A DNA stretch of 64,000 nucleotides from Dehalococcoidia bacterium (GTDB taxonomy: Bacteria > Chloroflexota > Dehalococcoidia > Bin125). The stretch spans positions 384,001 to 448,000 of the forward strand of contig CAXXNO010000012.1 of NCBI GenBank assembly GCA_963663235.2, written 5' to 3'. Below, in pieces: positions 58,820-64,000 of the stretch (the stretch's first letter is position 1; each line of letters opens with the position of its first letter). Under the pieces are notes generated by a model. It worked only from the letters and a program-made list of their open reading frames with translations, did no database searches and was not told the DNA's origin. The position numbers were made by a program, and so were the translations under genes.

Positions 58820-60492
58820 TGCTCCGGAGGCCCGCGCTTGAGCCGGAACAGCTTCCAGTCTGGGCCCGTCCCCGGGAAGTCCAGCACCTTCACGGCGCGC
58901 CCGTTCAATTCCGGATAGATGTTCGGGTTCGCCTGGTGGATGGCATTGAATTCATCGGCGCCGACAGGATTTGGGAGCAATACCCAGTCCGCGAACTCCC
59001 ACGGCTCCTCTACGGCATCCGCATAACCGGAGTGCGTGTAGTCAAAGACTGTGTCGCCCTCAAGACCGTAGCGAACTGCGAAGCCCGATCCAACGTAGTC
59101 CAGTAACACCCGCTCTCCGTCAGGGACCAATTGCTCGATCGTCTCCCCCACGGCCTTCCCTTCGGCCAGCGCGCGATCCGGTACCCGTTCACCTCGGAGC
59201 GCATCCCAGACGGTGGCCTCGACCTCCGTACGTCCGGACTCGCCCAGCGTGATCGCCCCGATCAGAGCGCCGAAGGCCAAAAGGACCAAGAGCATGCCCG
59301 CAGCCACAGGTCGAACGACATGCTGCCAGCGGTTCGGCCGCGGGAAGGCGATGAAGATGTACAGCATGGCGGGAAACGAGAGCGGAATCACCAGCGTGTA
59401 CGGCCGAATCACCTCAACGCCGAACCCAGCGGCGAGCAGGACCGCTTGGGTGGCCGGCACCGTGATCACCAGGAGGCCCAAGCCCGCCCCCATGACCGAA
59501 CGTCGCAAGATCCCGACGCCCAGCGCCCCGAGGCCAGCGATGATGGCGGTCGGGAACGCGATCATGGTGAGCCAGGAGGCCAGGCGGATGCCGCCGATGG
59601 CGCCCAAGGCGTCTTTCTCCGGCGCCAGCGTCAGCAGACCTTGGTCGCCATAGAGGAACCACAGCCCGTGGTCCTTGATCAGCCAACTCGCGACGATCCA
59701 CAGCAGCATCGGGTAGAGCGCCGCCGCCAGAAACGCGAGAACGACACCAAACCCTCGCGACGCACGAGTGAAATCGTCCGGCCAGCGAGGGGCCGGCTCC
59801 TGCCACACGGACCGGATCAACACCAGCGCCGCGGCCACCAGGGCTACGATCATCAGTTCATAGCGAGTAACGGTGGCAAGACCCAGCCAGATGCCGGCGA
59901 ACACGACATCAGAGAGCTGACCGTCCCGGTTGTACTTCAGCAGACGATAGGCACCTCCGGCGAGGAACGCATAGGCGATCGGTTCACTCACGCTCACCAT
60001 GGCCATCGCGACGACAACCGGGTTGAGGATGAAGAGCGCGGTGAACGCGATCCGCATTTGCCAGCCGAAGCCCAGCAGTGCGCAGGAACGCCAAATATGG
60101 AATGAGGCTAGCGCCATGAACACCGACGAGACGATGCCAACGGCATAGAAGCTGGTGAAGAGCGGCTTGATCGCCGCGAACGGAATGAGAACGAGAGTGG
60201 GGATGGGCGGCAGGAGGAACCCAATGGACGCGAGCCGGCGCTCTTCACCGTGCGTGACGAGGTGTGCGCTCAGCAAACGGATTACCGAGTCGTCGCCGCG
60301 CAGTTCGCGATCGAAGATCAACCAGGCGGACAGCGAGAGAAACAGGATCAGGACCAGGGCCGGGATGACCCAGGCCTCATTCCGCGCGATCCACGTATCA
60401 CGGCTGCCGACGGCGGCGCGCCAGCGAGCCTCTGGCAACACGCGAGGGAGCGGGCGAGGCGGCGCTGAGCCGAGGCGACGCTCCACGCTCAT
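58816..60492 (-). CDS. GT-C (PMT/GT39-like) integral membrane glycosyltransferase
   Basis: GDD..R, IGFLLPPIP, LNP, SEP, TRYE motifs; many TM helices. Confidence 0.72.
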   Translation of the reverse strand: MSVERRLGSAPPRPLPRVLPEARWRAAVGSRDTWIARNEAWVIPALVLILFLSLSAWLIFDRELRGDDSVIRLLSAHLVTHGEERRLASIGFLLPPIPTLVLIPFAAIKPLFTSFYAVGIVSSVFMALASFHIWRSCALLGFGWQMRIAFTALFILNPVVVAMAMVSVSEPIAYAFLAGGAYRLLKYNRDGQLSDVVFAGIWLGLATVTRYELMIVALVAAALVLIRSVWQEPAPRWPDDFTRASRGFGVVLAFLAAALYPMLLWIVASWLIKDHGLWFLYGDQGLLTLAPEKDALGAIGGIRLASWLTMIAFPTAIIAGLGALGVGILRRSVMGAGLGLLVITVPATQAVLLAAGFGVEVIRPYTLVIPLSFPAMLYIFIAFPRPNRWQHVVRPVAAGMLLVLLAFGALIGAITLGESGRTEVEATVWDALRGERVPDRALAEGKAVGETIEQLVPDGERVLLDYVGSGFAVRYGLEGDTVFDYTHSGYADAVEEPWEFADWVLLPNPVGADEFNAIHQANPNIYPELNGRAVKVLDFPGTGPDWKLFRLKRGPPEQ

Positions 60493-60568
60493 GGCTGGCG
60501 CACCGGTAGCGCATTATCGCGATGGGATTGGAGGCCCGCCCAGAGCGGCAGGCCGGGCCGCAGCGACC

Positions 60569-60793
60569 TCAGGCGACCTCGGAACCCCTTGGAGGTATCG
60601 ACGACGGTCGCGGCCGGCCGCGATGGAGCCAGTATCGCTTCCGATCGGTGCGCACGACGAGAAGCGTGATGAGGCCGATCGGACCCCAGATGCCGCCAAG
60701 GAGTGCGCCGACGATCGGCGAATCGCCCAGCCGCCAAGCCAGCAACAGGCCCATTACAGCGGATACTAGCGGGATCACAACAACGAACAGCAT
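60569..60793 (-). CDS. Small two-TM membrane protein
   Basis: GAGGGA RBS, ATG 60793; LLGGIWGPIGLI pattern. Confidence 0.55.
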   Translation of the reverse strand: MLFVVVIPLVSAVMGLLLAWRLGDSPIVGALLGGIWGPIGLITLLVVRTDRKRYWLHRGRPRPSSIPPRGSEVA

Positions 60794-60882
60794 GGCGTCC
60801 CTCGCGTCCTGGGATAAGCATTCTATTCCATTCCATCTGGCCGGCCAATCGCTCGCTCCGAACGAGCAGCGCCGCGTATCCC

Positions 60883-61250
60883 TTACGCGGCGGACGCATT
60901 GCGGGTCAGCAGGGCCACCCCCCCGGCGATGATTGCGATTGCCAGCCAGCGGGTCGGCGGCACCCGCTCGCCCAGGGCCCAGGCGGACAGGATGACGACC
61001 GCGACGTAACCCAGGGCCAGCATCGGATAAGCCACGTTGAGGGGAGCCCCGATAGCACCCAGAGCCACAAGACGAGCGAGAGGCCGTACGCCGCAAGGCC
61101 GCCCCAGATCATCGGCGCTGTCAGCGCATCCACGACCACATCCATGGGGGCGCGTCCATCGCCATCACCGACGCCCTGTTTGAAGGCCAGTTGCCCGGCC
61201 ACGCCCAGCCCAATCGATCCGAACAGCGGTAGCAACCATGCCAACATCAC
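60883..61250 (-). pseudogene. ArnE/ArnF-like SMR/EamA flippase split by a 1-nt frameshift
   Basis: GQLAFKQG...LWLWVLSG continues in another frame as PLNVAYPMLALGYV...LGERV; the shift is in the G/C runs at 61041-61050. Confidence 0.75.
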
Positions 61251-63037
61251 ACACCCCCTGCGCGATCCAGCTCCGAGGCAAGCGCGCCTGCCACTTCCGA
61301 GCGGCCGTCTGACGGCACATCGTCCGCGTCGGACGGCCCGATGACGCGGAACAGCCGATGCTGGGAGCCGCTCTCCGGGAAGTCGGCCACCAACTCCACG
61401 AAGCCTTCACTCCCCTCGTAAAGGTCGGGATAGATGCGATAGATCAAGTTGCGGTCCGGCTCATTGATCTTGGACGCGCCCACCAGGATGTAGGTCACGC
61501 CACTGCTGTAAGGCCGGTGCACGAGATCGTCGTAATCGCGGTCCGTATTGATCACCACCCGATCGCGGTGTTCGATGTCGAACAGCAACAGAATCGTCTG
61601 GGTGGCGTCCACAAGGAGCAGATCGTCCGGCTGGAGAACGTCGTTGATGAGACCGGCCACGGGAGCGTTGTCGTCCCGCCAAGAGACCGCGGATTTGCTG
61701 AACAGCCCGTTGCTCGGCTGGCCATCCGTGTAGAGGCCGTTGTCCGCCATGGAGAACGCAATGGTTGCGGCTGAACCGATTACCACCGCACCGAGCCCGG
61801 CGGCGCTGAGCCATTGCTGCCGCGCGTGCGATCGCGCTGTCCAGACCAGGTAGGCCAGCACCACGAGCCCGAGTGGAGTCGCATGGTTCCAGTTGCGGAG
61901 ATAAGGCGGAAGCGTCCCTGTGTAGGTCTGGGCCGCCTGCGCGACCGGCACAGACAAGCTGAGTGCGAGCAGCGCAAGCGCCATGCGGTCATGCCGCGCC
62001 ACCACCCGCCAGACAAGGAAGGGCACCGCGATAAGGAACGGCGCCGCGGCCTGCAGCATCTTCAGGCTTGCCTGCGTGATCGTGCCGAAGACCGAGCCCT
62101 GCGCGGCGAAGAAGTCATTAATCGGACCCACGATGCGCGCCACATCCAAGGCGTTCGCCGTCGAATAGGCGGAGTTCAGGTAGAAGAAGGGGTCACCCTG
62201 GATCTGGTAGTTCAGCCATGTCCACAGCGCGACGGCCCACAGCAGCGGGGCCGTCAACGTGACCAAGGAAGCGGCGATAAAGGGCGAGCCCTCGCGGGGC
62301 GCGCTGCGGAAATGCACCAGCAGGGCCAGCACCGCCGCGAACGCGACCGTCTCGTAGCGCGCCAGAAACGCGAACGCGAGCGACACGCCCGCCACGATGA
62401 GCGTGGAGTGGCTCCCTTCGCGCTCCCAGCGCAGCACTTGGTACAGCGCGAGGAGCACGAAGAAGATCCCCATCACCTGCGTCATGCCGTTGGCGGAGTA
62501 CAGCCAGATCAGAGGGTTCAGGCTCCAAGCCAGGAGCCACGCCACCTGCCAGCCGCTGGACAGACCCCAATGGGCCAGCACGCGGCGCATCACCACGAGG
62601 GTACCGGCGCCGAAGATCACCGAGACCACGGGTCCCGCGTACAGGGTGAGCCCAATGGGTGTGAGGATGGGGAGCAGGGCCAGCCTGAGCAGTGTTGGCA
62701 GAGGAGGCCAAACGAAGCCGATCGCCCCCAGATGGGGATCGCGGCTGCTGAGCACGCTGACGGCATCGAACGTGCGCGTGAGGGAATCGCCGGGCTGCCT
62801 CTCCCAGATCTCGACGACAAGCACGGCGAGAGCCAAGTACGCGGCTAGGGCAACGATGAAGATCCCGACGTCCCCGCGCACGAGCGCCAGCAGACCCGGC
62901 CGATCGGCGTCCCCCGAGGCGACGGCCTGAGCGCCCCGTGCGGCGCGCGTGTACGTGGTCGATTGGACGGCGGCCCGGATCCCTGCCCGAGTGGACGTCA
63001 CCGAGAGCGCCGGCAGCGGTAGCGGCCTGCGGTTCAC
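61247..63037 (-). CDS. GT-C integral membrane glycosyltransferase
   Basis: GDSLTR, SRDPHLGAIGFVWPPLP, LNP, NGMT, ARYE motifs; many TM helices. Confidence 0.75.
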   Translation of the reverse strand: MNRRPLPLPALSVTSTRAGIRAAVQSTTYTRAARGAQAVASGDADRPGLLALVRGDVGIFIVALAAYLALAVLVVEIWERQPGDSLTRTFDAVSVLSSRDPHLGAIGFVWPPLPTLLRLALLPILTPIGLTLYAGPVVSVIFGAGTLVVMRRVLAHWGLSSGWQVAWLLAWSLNPLIWLYSANGMTQVMGIFFVLLALYQVLRWEREGSHSTLIVAGVSLAFAFLARYETVAFAAVLALLVHFRSAPREGSPFIAASLVTLTAPLLWAVALWTWLNYQIQGDPFFYLNSAYSTANALDVARIVGPINDFFAAQGSVFGTITQASLKMLQAAAPFLIAVPFLVWRVVARHDRMALALLALSLSVPVAQAAQTYTGTLPPYLRNWNHATPLGLVVLAYLVWTARSHARQQWLSAAGLGAVVIGSAATIAFSMADNGLYTDGQPSNGLFSKSAVSWRDDNAPVAGLINDVLQPDDLLLVDATQTILLLFDIEHRDRVVINTDRDYDDLVHRPYSSGVTYILVGASKINEPDRNLIYRIYPDLYEGSEGFVELVADFPESGSQHRLFRVIGPSDADDVPSDGRSEVAGALASELDRAGGV

Positions 63038-63182
63038 GCTGTCGCGCTCCCCTCATGCACGCGCACGACACCAGACCACCCGGCCCTGATCGCTACCGAC
63101 GCGCGGCCCCCGCCCGGACACTTGAGCGGAGCCGACTGCACTACGTTCCGAAGTCTCGTCATGCGACGCACCAACAACGTCC

Positions 63183-63998
63183 CTACTGCGACAACAGCGC
63201 CCGGCTCGCAACGCGCATCTGAGACCGCCGGGCGAATTCCAAGGCCTGCTCGGCCTCGTTGATCAGATCGCCCACGGACACGGCATCTTCCGGAAACTCC
63301 GCCAAGCCGATGCGCACGCTGATGGCGAGATCCTGCTGGAGTCGCTCCACCAACCGCTCGGCGAGAATGCTGGCACCTGCGGACGGCGTCTCCGGGAGGA
63401 TCAAGGCGAAGGCGGAGGGCGTGTGCTGGATCACCTTGTCGGTGGTGCGCAGGATCCCGATCATCACCTCCACGACGCCGCGCAGCACGCGGTTCGCCTC
63501 GTCCGGGCCGCGATCCGACACGATCTGCGTCCAGTTCTCGATCCCCATCAGCATCAACGACAGCGAGTGATGGTAACGCCGAGAGCGCTCGTTCTCTTCG
63601 GTCAGCAGTTGCTGGCCGAAGCGGGGCTCCAGCGCGCCGGTGACAATATCGAAGCGGCTCAATTCACGGATTGCCTGACTCCGCGTGGCCAACTCACCGC
63701 GGACGTTCGCGCCGGCTGCGTGATAAGCCCGGGCCAAGAGCCACGCGCCCACCAGGGTCACAGCCATCACCGCGGCCGGCAGGATGCCGTCGTCCTGGAG
63801 GTCCAGGGCGGCCTGATTATCCGCGCGCGCGATCATCACGATCGCGAAGGCCACAGCCGCGATCACGGCCGCAATCTCTACCGCGAACAAGACCGGGTGC
63901 GTCAGCACGGCGATCACGGCCACTGCCAGGATGGCGACACCGAGCACCGCGAACTCGTCCTCATCAGTAACGAGCACCAGCACGCCAGCGCCGACAAT
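63183..63998 (-). CDS. Membrane protein with degenerate GGDEF domain (putative c-di-GMP receptor), 5'-truncated by the window edge
   Basis: TM helices, D.VTGAL, E.ERSRRY, RTTD I-site, TPSAF in place of GGDEF, ILPET, A..AL..A. Confidence 0.75.
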   Translation of the reverse strand: MVGAGVLVLVTDEDEFAVLGVAILAVAVIAVLTHPVLFAVEIAAVIAAVAFAIVMIARADNQAALDLQDDGILPAAVMAVTLVGAWLLARAYHAAGANVRGELATRSQAIRELSRFDIVTGALEPRFGQQLLTEENERSRRYHHSLSLMLMGIENWTQIVSDRGPDEANRVLRGVVEVMIGILRTTDKVIQHTPSAFALILPETPSAGASILAERLVERLQQDLAISVRIGLAEFPEDAVSVGDLINEAEQALEFARRSQMRVASRALLSQ

Positions 63999-64000
63999 TA

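Overview
High-GC bacterial chromosome segment. The gene content (peptidase MA lipoprotein-like protein, DUF6391-like protein, remA-gmk, T-box control, expanded luciferase-like monooxygenases) points by inference to Chloroflexota, most likely Dehalococcoidia/SAR202-like. 1-33.9 kb is mainly housekeeping: prfB with a +1 programmed frameshift, folD, acpS, nnr, fabF, recJ, an EF-G paralog, tyrS, ribF, scpA, a Trp T-box-led trp operon running into aroH-aroF, tyrA-aroA-remA-gmk, and tRNA-Arg(TCT). The trp operon is interrupted by two double-domain carboxymuconolactone-decarboxylase-like genes and a CPBP protease gene. From 33.9 to about 47 kb is an accessory catabolic cluster: serine hydrolase, SnoaL, two hydantoinase-B paralogs, an amidase with a small partner, and four LLM oxidoreductases. 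47-57.7 kb holds mixed genes and a clear c-di-AMP (ydaO) riboswitch with no convincing downstream protein gene; it is followed instead by a ~150-nt structured, terminator-bounded RNA. The window ends in a glycan/EPS cluster (degenerate GGDEF receptor, two GT-C enzymes, SMR-type flippase, UbiA phosphoribosyltransferase). Most interesting: the riboswitch-gated RNA, the CMD genes in the trp operon, and a 13-nt motif shared by the 5' ends of both riboswitch leaders. All calls come from reading motifs by eye; no searches were run.
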